Notes under the pieces: model-generated
The model's database searches: none
What the model saw: only the letters and a program-made list of their open reading frames with translations
What the model was told of the DNA's origin: nothing
IMG/VR virus record: IMGVR_UViG_3300049489_000902
Coordinates: 1-62,272 of that record
Origin: a virus
Lineage: Duplodnaviria; Caudoviricetes
DNA: 62,272 bases
Strand: one strand, 5' to 3'
Translations under genes and position numbers: made by a program
Shown: in pieces, positions 46,574 to 56,447 of the stretch
Numbering within the stretch: position 1 is the stretch's first letter
How the letters are laid out: every line of letters starts with the position of its first letter

Positions 46574-47578
46574 TTATCCGACTGAAACTGATTTACGACC
46601 AGCAGCGCAACCACGAGGATTGACGATACCAATTCCGATAATCTCAGAAACAACCCAACCAATTGAAAGCAATTTGGGTTCGTCAGCAGGAAGAACTTCA
46701 ATGTCTTGGACCACAGGCATAACACCTAGGAACTCGCCAGCCGCTGAACCGTATACGGTACCTTGTGGAACAATCTTACTTACAAGAACATCAGCACCCC
46801 AGATATGGGCATAAAGACCAGTTTGGAGAACTTCGCGCATGGTAACGGGATCGAGATCTCCACCACCTACGCCTTGTCCACCACCTGAACCCCACTTTAA
46901 CATATCGGTAAATTCAACAATGTTCATGAAGAATTTATCAGTTACGAGGTCCCAACGATCAACTTGGGCTTTAAGATCAACTAAGTTCCTCTTTAATAGA
47001 CCGGTGTCAGCTAAGTCGATAAGAGTATTTTCAACTGAAGCAGCGGAATCAATGGCAGCGAAAACGTTTGCGTCTTCTTGAGCCATGATTTCTTGACGTG
47101 CTTTTTGAACGGCACGGTCAATAACGTTAAATCTGCGTTTTTTGACTTCGGCAATACGAACCTTGGGATTCGCGTAAATTTCAAAGGTAGGAATCGTAAC
47201 GCGGTCGCCGAATACACGGCTTTCTGGACCTGAACCATTTGAAGAAATTACAACGGCAGCAACATCAATATCTCTTTCGTATGAGATCTGTTGACCCTGT
47301 TGAACATTCTCAACAACTAAGGCACGACGAGCAATTCCATGGTAATCTAAATTCTTACGAATTGGATTCGCCATAGCTTGAGCAAGAGCTAATTTACCGT
47401 CTTGTGTTAAGAGGGCACGGTTAACCATGTCATCTTTTTCGGCATCACTGGCTTCACGAGTAAGACCAGCGTTTGAAGGCATATTATCATCAAGAATTGA
47501 AGCATATTTCGCGATAGTGGCGAAAGCTTCTTTGACAGAAGAGGCGTTAAGTTCGCCTTGAGCATTAAACATAGACAT
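46574..47578 (-). CDS. Major capsid protein (HK97-fold)
   Basis: 334 aa; follows protease-scaffold and decoration genes; visibly higher GC/biased codons; AGGAG RBS; strong terminator; spine-helix-like QKARQEIMAQEDANVF and C-terminal EIIGIGIVNPRG. Confidence 0.85.
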   Translation of the reverse strand: MSMFNAQGELNASSVKEAFATIAKYASILDDNMPSNAGLTREASDAEKDDMVNRALLTQDGKLALAQAMANPIRKNLDYHGIARRALVVENVQQGQQISYERDIDVAAVVISSNGSGPESRVFGDRVTIPTFEIYANPKVRIAEVKKRRFNVIDRAVQKARQEIMAQEDANVFAAIDSAASVENTLIDLADTGLLKRNLVDLKAQVDRWDLVTDKFFMNIVEFTDMLKWGSGGGQGVGGGDLDPVTMREVLQTGLYAHIWGADVLVSKIVPQGTVYGSAAGEFLGVMPVVQDIEVLPADEPKLLSIGWVVSEIIGIGIVNPRGCAAGRKSVSVG

Positions 47579-47695
47579 CTTTATTTCTCCTAAGAATTGA
47601 ATTTATTTGCCGATTTCTCAGCGAAAATCACTCGTTATAAAACAAGCTTAAAATTATAGTAATTTATGCATTAAAAAATGCATCAAAAATAAAAA

Positions 47696-47727
47696 AAAAT
47701 GGATGAGAAATTAATCTCATCCATTTT
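47696..47727 (-). terminator. Hairpin/terminator between decoration gene and MCP
   Basis: AAAATGGATGAGA-N6-TCTCATCCATTTT with a T-run on the minus strand. Confidence 0.65.
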
Positions 47728-47753
47728 AAGTTAACTAAGTATCTTATTACGAA

Positions 47754-48383
47754 TTAGTAACCAGCAGTGAAGTGAACAACAACATAGTCGTAAGTACGAG
47801 TAGATAAGCTGTTAACTAAATTAGCAGGAGTTGTAACGAGTGAGCCTTTTGTTTCAAAATCAATGAAACGAGCAACTGGTCCACCGAGAATACCGGCAGC
47901 AGTGGTTAATACACCAGCAGTAGTTACGCCTAGAGCAGCACCAGCAACGATTGAAGCGGTAGGAGCAATAGTTGCATCAACTGTATCAAGTGAGATTGCG
48001 TAAAGACCTGGTTTATCCCAAGCAGTTACTTTTCCTGAACCTAAAGCACTTGTTGGACCGAGAACGGTTCCAGAAATACTTTGTCCAGCAGTTCCACCAA
48101 CAACAGTTCCGAAGATAGTTCCGTAACCGGCAATACCTTCATCAGCTAACATTACAGGTTTCTTGGTAGAATCGTCACCAGTCGTTACTTTACGAACAAC
48201 GGGGCGTTTTAATGAATTGAGGTAACCATCAAATGCACCGTCACGAGCAGATTTATCAGAACCAGCAAGAGTAACTGAATCAAATACTAAAACTTCTCCA
48301 CCTTTAATGGTGGTTAGGTCAGCATCGAGGCAGTCATATTGACCGATTGGAAAGATACCAGGTTGTAAAACTTTAAGAGCCAT
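47754..48383 (-). CDS. Capsid decoration/cement-like protein
   Basis: Adjacent to MCP, same codon bias, Gly/Ala/Thr-rich; MLADEG...GSGKVTAW. Confidence 0.6.
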   Translation of the reverse strand: MALKVLQPGIFPIGQYDCLDADLTTIKGGEVLVFDSVTLAGSDKSARDGAFDGYLNSLKRPVVRKVTTGDDSTKKPVMLADEGIAGYGTIFGTVVGGTAGQSISGTVLGPTSALGSGKVTAWDKPGLYAISLDTVDATIAPTASIVAGAALGVTTAGVLTTAAGILGGPVARFIDFETKGSLVTTPANLVNSLSTRTYDYVVVHFTAGY

Positions 48384-48462
48384 ATTAATTTCCTATTTAT
48401 TTTAACTTACATCTTGCCAAATAATAATTGGCTACAAAATCTATATTTAAATATTGCTATAA

Positions 48463-49803
48463 TTATTGCTTTTTAAATTCTTTTTCCCAAGAACTTAGTT
48501 GTTCATCAGAAATATCTTTTTCTTTTACTTCTTTTGTAGCAGATTTAGCAGATTCTATTTTCTCTTTACATTGTTCTTCTATACTTTTAATATTCAAAAT
48601 ACCTTCACAATTAGCAATTAATACACCTAAATAATCTTCTAGTTCTTTATAATTGCTTTCAACCAATCCCATTCTTCCAGAGAAGAAAGATTTTGCTCTT
48701 CCTAGTAATTTATCAATACCAGAAGGATTTTTAATTGCATTTGTTATATAGTCATCATTTTGAATATCTCTATATAAAGCCTTTATTTGTGGTAAGTAAG
48801 AGATAATAGTATTTACTAATTCATTCTTAGCACTTATAATAGAATTTATCTCAGCTTTATTTGAATTAGCAATATTTAATGTTCTTAATTTTTCAAGAAC
48901 AGGGTAATTTTTATTATATGAATCTAAAATCTCATGAGAGATAGTTTTCAGATTATTTAATCTTTGGATGAAAGTTTCTGATAATTCATCTTCAAACCAA
49001 GACCAATCAAACTTAAGCATATCAGAAAGTAAATCATCAATATTTTCAACGGTAACATTTATATTAGTAACAGGTTCATCAAGTCTATTTAGTAGCCAGT
49101 TTCCCGCTAATAAAACAGCTCCAACAGAAGCTCCTACAAGAGCAACAGTTCCCCAAATTGGAGCAGTTGCAGTTACGCCAGTAATAGCGGCAGTTTCAGC
49201 GGCAATTGTTGCAGCAGTTCCGGTTGCGGCAGCACCAGCGGCAGCAGAGGCGCCACCTCTAAGAGCTAAAGGGAGGGCAGCCACGCCAATACTGGCAACA
49301 TCAGGAGAACCGCTTTTATCTTTTTTTCCAGCAGCATTAGCTAAAGGAGCAGCTTTAAAAGCCTTTGATAAAACATTAGTAAACCAATTAGCTTCTTTTT
49401 TTAATTGAAGCAAACAAGTGTCTGCTAAAATTCTAATTTGCTCATCTGATTCATCATTAAAATTAGCAATAGAAATTAAAGAAGTAGCTAATTCATGTTG
49501 ACATGTTTTAACTCTACCTAATTGACCATTAGTTTTTTTATTAACAATATTAATGTCAATATTTTGTTGTTGATATAAATCAGGAACAACGCCATTTAGT
49601 TTATTATGAGAAGGAGAGACGATAGCCATTTCTTTATGCGCGTCATCGCTATGATCTTTAAGAGACTTTTCTTTTTTAAGATTATAAAGCTCTTTAGTTT
49701 TAGCAATATTACCTGGGTCTAATCTAGAAGTAGAATCATCGGCTTCAGAAATTAAACCTCTGGCAATGGCTAATTTAGCAAATTCATTAAAATAATCATT
49801 CAT
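48463..49803 (-). CDS. Probable internal head/ejection protein with long Ala/Gly hydrophobic segment
   Basis: IGVAALPLAL...GTVALVGASVGAVLLAG; in the head cluster. Confidence 0.5.
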   Translation of the reverse strand: MNDYFNEFAKLAIARGLISEADDSTSRLDPGNIAKTKELYNLKKEKSLKDHSDDAHKEMAIVSPSHNKLNGVVPDLYQQQNIDINIVNKKTNGQLGRVKTCQHELATSLISIANFNDESDEQIRILADTCLLQLKKEANWFTNVLSKAFKAAPLANAAGKKDKSGSPDVASIGVAALPLALRGGASAAAGAAATGTAATIAAETAAITGVTATAPIWGTVALVGASVGAVLLAGNWLLNRLDEPVTNINVTVENIDDLLSDMLKFDWSWFEDELSETFIQRLNNLKTISHEILDSYNKNYPVLEKLRTLNIANSNKAEINSIISAKNELVNTIISYLPQIKALYRDIQNDDYITNAIKNPSGIDKLLGRAKSFFSGRMGLVESNYKELEDYLGVLIANCEGILNIKSIEEQCKEKIESAKSATKEVKEKDISDEQLSSWEKEFKKQ

Positions 49804-49820
49804 AATGTCTCTCTAATATA

Positions 49821-50747
49821 TTAGGTTTTATTAGCCTTTTTCATAAGATCAACTACTTCTGGCATAAAAATATTAACTAGTGATTTTTGATCAGGATAAG
49901 TAGAAGGGATAATTACAGATACATTATCATCTCCATAAGAAGAATTAGCATTATAAATATCCTTAGCAACTCTATTAAATAAATAAGAAGATCTTAATAT
50001 TTGTTCTGGTACATTTTTATAAGTATCATTAGTCAATTCAACTAACATAAGTTTAATATTATCTAAAGTATTATTAATATCTAATATTTTGCCACCAATG
50101 CGTTCATTATTACCTGTTGGTTGGAAAGTTGTTTCAACTTTCTTTTCTACAGATTCTGCTGATGGACCAAAGACAGCTTCTTTTCCTTTTTCAACAGCTT
50201 TGCCAGCTCCAACAACAATACAGCCTTTAAATAATATTTTAAATATAAATTTTAATATATGAGCAATAACAGACATAATCTTCATTGGAACGCCTGCTGT
50301 TTTATATAATTTAATATCTCTTAAATTAGAATTAAAAGCAGATTTAGTATTTAGCACAGCATCTGTTGCTTTTTCTATATGTTCTTCAGTCAAGGTATTA
50401 GTTGAAACATTACCTTTGATCATGTCCCAAATTTTTAAGAAATAACCATATAAATCAATATTAAAGACAGATGCAAGTATTGTAGCAATCCATGATAATG
50501 GTCCACCAAGAACAGCAGCTACAGCCATTTGAACGGCACCACCAGTAATAATTTCACCAATTAGATGAGATGTAGATTCTGGATCTCTAGAAGATTCTAC
50601 TATAGCAGTAATTTGTTCTCCAGGACCAGAAAATAAAGATTTTATTTTAGAAATAATTTCAGAAGGAGAAGGCAAAGAATCTGTAATGCCTGCTGTTTTA
50701 TGTTTAGGCGTAAGAAGCTCAATTAATAGTAATTCTTCTTTAAACAT
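49821..50747 (-). CDS. Probable internal head/ejection protein with hydrophobic segments
   Basis: AVAAVLGGPLSWIATILASVF; two KTAG motifs. Confidence 0.5.
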   Translation of the reverse strand: MFKEELLLIELLTPKHKTAGITDSLPSPSEIISKIKSLFSGPGEQITAIVESSRDPESTSHLIGEIITGGAVQMAVAAVLGGPLSWIATILASVFNIDLYGYFLKIWDMIKGNVSTNTLTEEHIEKATDAVLNTKSAFNSNLRDIKLYKTAGVPMKIMSVIAHILKFIFKILFKGCIVVGAGKAVEKGKEAVFGPSAESVEKKVETTFQPTGNNERIGGKILDINNTLDNIKLMLVELTNDTYKNVPEQILRSSYLFNRVAKDIYNANSSYGDDNVSVIIPSTYPDQKSLVNIFMPEVVDLMKKANKT

Positions 50748-52186
50748 TATAATTTCCTAGCCTGAGCAACATTAAATGAAGAAGAAATTGATCTTACTAA
50801 TTGTTCGCCTAATACAGAGTTACTGTTTAGATTTTTAATATATTCTGATTCCTTTAATATTGCAATTGTCTGAATATAGTCGCAAGTACTAACTACATCT
50901 TGAACCATTAATTGAAATATATTTAAAGCAGCAGCAACTCTGGCATTAGGATTTAGATTGTTTAATCCAAGGAAGTTTTCAGGATTAGTTACTTTTAAGG
51001 TATTGCCTGAGAATCTAGCATTCCTAAGAGAAGTTAATCTATTATTAAAACTATTATAATTATCTGTTACTACATTAAGTTCGGTAGTTCTTTTTGAGGC
51101 TGTTAAGTAATTAATAGCTTCTTTGAAAAAAGTTTCAGCTTGTTTAATATCAAGAAAAGAATTGCTAGTAAATGGAAGTGTACGTAATTCACTTAATGCT
51201 TTAGACTTAACTTGATCTTCAGAAGTAAAAGCAGAAGCTTCAGATGGAGAAGTAGATTTCTCAGTATAATTACCAGTACCAATTTGACCTAATAATTGAT
51301 TTGTTAAAGCAATTAGATCTGTATACTTTTTTTTCTCAGCCGAAGTAACTGATTGGTCTAATATTGCTTTAAGATATTTTTGAATCCATTGTAAAGAATA
51401 TTGTATGTAGTATTTTATTACTACACCAGCACCTACTTTACCAATATTATCTGCTGCATATTTTTGTGCATCGGTAAATGTGCGAATATTTAAACCTTGA
51501 AGTATTAGTTCTGTCTTTTTTTCTGTTAAGAATTTGACAAAATTATCTAAAGAACTTAAATCTGAACTATGTAATTTTACTTTTGAAGGATCAGTAAGAT
51601 TTTGTAAATGCAAAGGAATATCAATAGCTTCTTGTATAGATTTTTCTAAATCTAATTCAGCTTGAGATTTATCAAAACTTATATTGCTTCCAGTTGCATC
51701 ATTAATGTTTCTAAGAATAGTTTCAACTTTTACTTTAAAAACAGAGGCAATGGTGCTGTTATCTATTTTAGATATAGTGTATCTTAAATATTCTGAAATG
51801 TATTTTGGTAAAATATAATAATTTATAGAATTAATATTTATTTTTTTATATGGGCTATTTGGTTGAGTATAGTTTGCTTTAACTTCTTCAGAAGTATCAT
51901 CTTCTTTTGAAACTAATCTAAGCCCATTAAATGAAATTCTATTTTCATCTAAATATCTTAATAGTGTTGGCGCATCTTTTAAAATAGCAGATTCTTTTAA
52001 TTCTGTATTAATACCTGATACAGGCTCAATTACACCAGTTTCAACTTCTGTAATTCTTTTATCTAATAAAGAATTAACTTGTTCTAATAATTCTTTAGTT
52101 TCAGGAGACTCTGGAATGACTTCTTGAGCCTTTTTAGTTAAAGAATATAATTTATTTTTTAATTCATTTGTAAAAATAGAATTCAT
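50747..52186 (-). CDS. Hypothetical (probable internal head) protein
   Basis: Intact 479-aa ORF; N-terminal LTKKAQ. Confidence 0.55.
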   Translation of the reverse strand: MNSIFTNELKNKLYSLTKKAQEVIPESPETKELLEQVNSLLDKRITEVETGVIEPVSGINTELKESAILKDAPTLLRYLDENRISFNGLRLVSKEDDTSEEVKANYTQPNSPYKKININSINYYILPKYISEYLRYTISKIDNSTIASVFKVKVETILRNINDATGSNISFDKSQAELDLEKSIQEAIDIPLHLQNLTDPSKVKLHSSDLSSLDNFVKFLTEKKTELILQGLNIRTFTDAQKYAADNIGKVGAGVVIKYYIQYSLQWIQKYLKAILDQSVTSAEKKKYTDLIALTNQLLGQIGTGNYTEKSTSPSEASAFTSEDQVKSKALSELRTLPFTSNSFLDIKQAETFFKEAINYLTASKRTTELNVVTDNYNSFNNRLTSLRNARFSGNTLKVTNPENFLGLNNLNPNARVAAALNIFQLMVQDVVSTCDYIQTIAILKESEYIKNLNSNSVLGEQLVRSISSSFNVAQARKL

Positions 52187-52192
52187 AAAACC

Positions 52193-53305
52193 TTATTTAG
52201 AAGTTGCTCCGCCAGAATATTCTGGAGTATTATATTCTTTCTCTTGTTTTCTTTGCAGTAAAGCTTTATTGATATCTTCTTTTATATTTTTTATTAAAGT
52301 AATTTTTTCATCTTTGCTAAGTTTATTTAGAAAAGGATAGTTTTTCTGAAGAAAATCACTAAAATCAGAATTAGAAGCTAATTGTTGTATAGTAATAGTA
52401 TGTTGTCCAAACTTATCAGAATATTCTATTGGTAATACTCTTTGAACATTAGTTACATCTGCATTTAATTTTGTTTTGTCTTCTGAGTAAACTTTATCAC
52501 CACCTAATATAGCAGCATAATCGCCTTTTTGGAAAAAGTTCTGAATACCAATATAAGTATTTAATATCTTATTTATTAGGTCTGTAACTTTATCAGCAAT
52601 AGGTCCTAAGTCTTTTTTTGAAAGATAAGGTGATTCTTCTTTAGGAAGCTCTTTAGTAACAGAATCTATTATTGGTTTAGAAATTAATTCTGGATTTAAT
52701 TTAAGATTAAGCTTATCTTTAAGTTCAATTAAACCATATCCAACTGCTAAGATTTGTCTAACATTATTTTGCGTTCTTCTTCCCCAAACACCTTCTGGCT
52801 CATCACCTTTTTGAGGAGTACCAATTCTATTTAATTCAGTAGTAACTTCATCAAGAGATTTTTGAGATTGTTTTTTCTCTTCATATACTTTTGCTGGCGC
52901 ATTAATATCAGAAACGGAAACAGCACCGGCAGGATATTTTTCTATAGGATTTAATAGTGTTGGATTTTGTGAGCCAACAAAATGCTCTATAAAGAAATCT
53001 GAAAAAGCTTTAAAATTCTTTTTTTGTTCTTCAGTTGGTTGAATTTTAGAATCAACTTGTACAGTTGCTTGTGTTAGTATTTTAGCAGCCTTTTTTAAGG
53101 CAGCTTGCATTACTTTAACTTGTTTTGTACCTTGAACTGGAACATAATTAGAAGTATTACTTCTTGGAGCTTGAACAGAAAAACTTGATGTAGTATTAGG
53201 TACGTTAGAATCTCCAATTAGATTTCTTTGAGCAGTAGCAATAATGCTATTACTAATAGAATTTAATATATATTTTCTTTGAGATATAGACATGTTAAAT
53301 TCCAA
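52193..53305 (-). CDS. Hypothetical (probable internal head) protein with peptidoglycan-binding-like motif
   Basis: VKVMQAAL...EGVWGRRT resembles the PG-binding-1 DG.WG..T signature. Confidence 0.5.
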   Translation of the reverse strand: MEFNMSISQRKYILNSISNSIIATAQRNLIGDSNVPNTTSSFSVQAPRSNTSNYVPVQGTKQVKVMQAALKKAAKILTQATVQVDSKIQPTEEQKKNFKAFSDFFIEHFVGSQNPTLLNPIEKYPAGAVSVSDINAPAKVYEEKKQSQKSLDEVTTELNRIGTPQKGDEPEGVWGRRTQNNVRQILAVGYGLIELKDKLNLKLNPELISKPIIDSVTKELPKEESPYLSKKDLGPIADKVTDLINKILNTYIGIQNFFQKGDYAAILGGDKVYSEDKTKLNADVTNVQRVLPIEYSDKFGQHTITIQQLASNSDFSDFLQKNYPFLNKLSKDEKITLIKNIKEDINKALLQRKQEKEYNTPEYSGGATSK

Positions 53306-54662
53306 GTATTTGATTGAATCTAGCTTTATTGCCAGCTACCCAATTAAAAGCATTTGTATCAGAGACTTCTTGTTTAAAAAATCCCTTTGCATTTCTCATA
53401 ATAGCAACAAGCTCATTGTATTGAGTATCACTAATTGCGTTGACTTTTTTCTGATGTAACTTTGCCATTTGTTCTGTGTAGTTAATAAAATCTTTTAAAA
53501 CAGTATTGTTCTTATAAGCTATATCTGCACTATTTTCTACATTATTTACAACAGCACGATCTGCATCTGGCTTTATTCTAGAAAGTTTAGCTTCTAATAC
53601 TGGTAAAGTTTGCTTTAAATGACTTCCAAGATTATTTACCAATGATTTAATTGTACTTAATCTCCAATTAATTGCATTTTTAATATTTGCAATATAAAGA
53701 GCCTCTTCGTCGTTTCTTTCGCCTACTAATGGCTCATCGGCAATTACTTTTGAATCCAAACTAAAATCTGCTGGATATTCAATATTGTTAATTGTATTAA
53801 TTATATTATTAATATCTTTAATTAATTTTGCTGAAGATATTGTAGAAGATATTAGATCTTGACTTAATTTGGTGCTATTTACTACTATTCTTGAAATATC
53901 ATCTAAAAAATCTGTATCCATATTTCTTGATCGTAAATCAGGTAGCTCATCATATTTAGTATTAAAAGATTTAAAAGCAGATTGTAGTTTATCACTATCA
54001 GCTTTTAATATTTCAGAATTTTTTTTTAATTCAGACTGAATATCAGGTGCTTGTGCTTTTTTAATAAGCTTTAAAAAACGCTCTTGAATCTCATCTAAAG
54101 TTTCAACTTTTCCTAATTCACCTTCAAATACTTGAACTCCCTTAGGATGAACTGTATTTAATATATTTTTAGCAGCTCTCTTATTCAAAATTTTTAAGAT
54201 CTTATCATGCTCATCATCTAAAGTCTCAACAACTCCTAATTCATTTCCACCAAATAAATCAACACTTCCATCAGGATGTGCCTCATCTAATATAGAAGCC
54301 TTCTTATTTATTAAAGCTAAAAACTTATCTTGGATCTCATCCAATGTTTCAACTTTACCTAAATCACTATTGAAAACATCTACGCCTTTAGGATGAACTT
54401 TTTGAAATATATTTGTTTTTTGTAAGCTAACAGAAGCTTCTAAATATGCTTTAATTTTAGATTCAACTAATTCTGCCTGGCTAATTAAACCTTTATTTCT
54501 TAAACCTAATGCTAATTTTAATAAATTTGTACCTAAATCATCCGTAGGTTTCAAATCAATTTCTTTTTTAGCAGAAGCTTTAACTAATCTTTTTTCTAAA
54601 GCTATTTTAGCAAAAGATCTCATTACTTCAGATTCATTAAAAGTTTTAGATTTAAAGTTCAT
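53295..54662 (-). CDS. Probable internal head protein with three ~40-aa tandem repeats
   Basis: HP(K/D)G...LG(K/V)VETLD(E/D)...K(K/R)A three times. Confidence 0.6.
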   Translation of the reverse strand: MNFKSKTFNESEVMRSFAKIALEKRLVKASAKKEIDLKPTDDLGTNLLKLALGLRNKGLISQAELVESKIKAYLEASVSLQKTNIFQKVHPKGVDVFNSDLGKVETLDEIQDKFLALINKKASILDEAHPDGSVDLFGGNELGVVETLDDEHDKILKILNKRAAKNILNTVHPKGVQVFEGELGKVETLDEIQERFLKLIKKAQAPDIQSELKKNSEILKADSDKLQSAFKSFNTKYDELPDLRSRNMDTDFLDDISRIVVNSTKLSQDLISSTISSAKLIKDINNIINTINNIEYPADFSLDSKVIADEPLVGERNDEEALYIANIKNAINWRLSTIKSLVNNLGSHLKQTLPVLEAKLSRIKPDADRAVVNNVENSADIAYKNNTVLKDFINYTEQMAKLHQKKVNAISDTQYNELVAIMRNAKGFFKQEVSDTNAFNWVAGNKARFNQILGI

Positions 54663-54698
54663 TTTACCCTACATTAATATTAATTTATAGCCAGTTAA

Positions 54699-55391
54699 TC
54701 ACAGCCACATGCACTCTAACAAAGGATTAAAAGGAGAAGGAGGTCCAGTAACTACAGCAATAGAAGGATGATGTTCACTTGGTCGCCTAGAAGTTAATAA
54801 ACCTTTTTCACTTACAAACAAATTAGCTCTTAAAGCATATGCTTGATTTGTCTCATATTTGTCTGTTTGGAAAAACATTCGATCATACCAAACAGTCATT
54901 CTTCCAGTTCCAGCCGTAGAGTCATCACCAGGAATATTTGGAACATAATAAGTATAACTTACAATTGCTTTAATTTCCGTTGGTGTTCCTGTGCCTAAAA
55001 CATCAAAGTTACAAACAGTTCCTGCTAAAAACGTAACAATTCCATTAGTTGCATTTAAAACACAATTAACTGTAGATGTAAAAGAATTTTTAATTAAATT
55101 AGCTTTTCTTAAAGGAATAGATACATCTTTAGTTAAAACCATTGTTCCACCAGGACCAGGTGTAATTTCAGCATTTTCCGTAAAAACTGTTTCCTGCCAT
55201 TGAACAGCAGAAAATGATTTAGTCCTTATATCATCAATAATTCCTATTGGACAAATACCAGAGCTAACTGTAGCCATAACTTGATTATTAATTACAGTTA
55301 ATTCTGCAATCATTCCTGGCTCAAATTCTGCGCTAGGATCACAGATAAATGAAGCTGGAATTGAGCTTCCAATATGAACAGTTCTTAACAT
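54699..55391 (-). CDS. Decoration-like protein (distant paralog of 47754..48383)
   Basis: STAGTGRMTVW vs SALGSGKVTAW; PIGIIDD vs PVMLADE. Confidence 0.5.
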   Translation of the reverse strand: MLRTVHIGSSIPASFICDPSAEFEPGMIAELTVINNQVMATVSSGICPIGIIDDIRTKSFSAVQWQETVFTENAEITPGPGGTMVLTKDVSIPLRKANLIKNSFTSTVNCVLNATNGIVTFLAGTVCNFDVLGTGTPTEIKAIVSYTYYVPNIPGDDSTAGTGRMTVWYDRMFFQTDKYETNQAYALRANLFVSEKGLLTSRRPSEHHPSIAVVTGPPSPFNPLLECMWL

Positions 55392-55435
55392 AATACTCCA
55401 GTATATATCTTACAAAGATGCTGTTTTAATACTAC

Positions 55436-55470
55436 AAAAACGCAGGTACTAATAATAATACCTGCGTTTT
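55436..55470. terminator. Intrinsic terminator
   Basis: AAAAACGCAGG-N14-CCTGCGTTTT. Confidence 0.65.
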
Positions 55471-55489
55471 ATATATTTAACAACAAAAA

Positions 55490-55882
55490 CTATGAAGAAG
55501 CAATTGCTGATTTAATCTCGTCTAAAGAAACAGATAACATATTACAGATATCTTTTCCTCCAAAACCATTATCAAATAAAACATTAATAGCTTTATTTTT
55601 AAGAACAGGATCGACAGGGGAGCCAGACCCCATATCTTTTAATGTTTGGAAGTTAATACCTTTTTCAGCCCAATCTTCTAATGATGGTTTATCACCAGCT
55701 AAAGATTGTAATACAGCTGTTAAGATTTCTGCCTCTTTAGTAAAACCAGCTTTATCAATTACTGCGGCAGCAGCACAAATAAGATCAGCAGCTTGAGCTA
55801 CAGGTAACTCTTCCTCTGATTTTAATAATTGTTTTTCCATTCCTTCAATTAACTCTTGCTCACAACTACTGATCTTAAACAT
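55490..55882 (-). CDS. Hypothetical head-cluster protein
   Basis: GGAG RBS; AAAVIDKAGFTKEAEIL resembles ASSALEVIGFEKSSAV of the neighbour. Confidence 0.6.
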   Translation of the reverse strand: MFKISSCEQELIEGMEKQLLKSEEELPVAQAADLICAAAAVIDKAGFTKEAEILTAVLQSLAGDKPSLEDWAEKGINFQTLKDMGSGSPVDPVLKNKAINVLFDNGFGGKDICNMLSVSLDEIKSAIASS

Positions 55883-55892
55883 GTTTTACTCC

Positions 55893-56378
55893 TTATTTAT
55901 CAGCTTTTTTATCTAATTTAGCAGATAAAGACTCTACTTTTTTGGTTAATTTAGCTACTTCTTTTTCAGCAACTGAAAGTTCTTTTTTAGAAGCTTTTAA
56001 TTCATCCATTAATTCTTTTTCACTAGAATCAGTCTTTTTAGCTAAAGAAACTAGTTCTGCAATTTGCAAAGCAACAGCTGAAGATTTCTCAAATCCAATT
56101 ACTTCTAAAGCAGATGAAGCAAAAATTAAACCCTTAAGAGCATCATCACATGCTTCTTTCTTGGTTTTCTTTTCTTTCTTGGGAAATGGATTAACTCCCT
56201 TTACTCCTTTAGCGGGTTTCTCTTCTTTATCTTCTTTTTTGCCTTTTGCAGGTTTTTCCTCTTCCTCTTTTTCTACTTTTTTCTTAGCAGCATATTTTGA
56301 GAAAGTTGAAAGAAAAGACTCGTCATTTAATTTAGCATACATGTCACTAGCAATTTGGTTCGCAGCATTTTTTATCAT
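55893..56378 (-). CDS. Lys/Glu-rich head-cluster protein
   Basis: AGGA RBS; EEKPAKG repeats, coiled-coil C-terminus. Confidence 0.6.
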   Translation of the reverse strand: MIKNAANQIASDMYAKLNDESFLSTFSKYAAKKKVEKEEEEKPAKGKKEDKEEKPAKGVKGVNPFPKKEKKTKKEACDDALKGLIFASSALEVIGFEKSSAVALQIAELVSLAKKTDSSEKELMDELKASKKELSVAEKEVAKLTKKVESLSAKLDKKADK

Positions 56379-56407
56379 TTGTTCATTCCTTAAAAAGTTA
56401 AATGTTT

Positions 56408-56439
56408 AAAAACTGCCCCAGGATATTTCACCTGGGGCA
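56408..56439 (-). terminator. Intrinsic terminator after protease-scaffold gene
   Basis: TGCCCCAGG-N8-CCTGGGGCA followed by GTTTTT on the minus strand. Confidence 0.75.
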
Positions 56440-56447
56440 ATTAGTTA

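Noticed and set aside
42682-47578. Diversity-generating retroelement (TR/VR) or integron
   Set aside because: No reverse transcriptase or tyrosine integrase in the window, no near-identical TR/VR pair, and the repeats lack attC-like palindromes; an enzyme encoded elsewhere cannot be excluded
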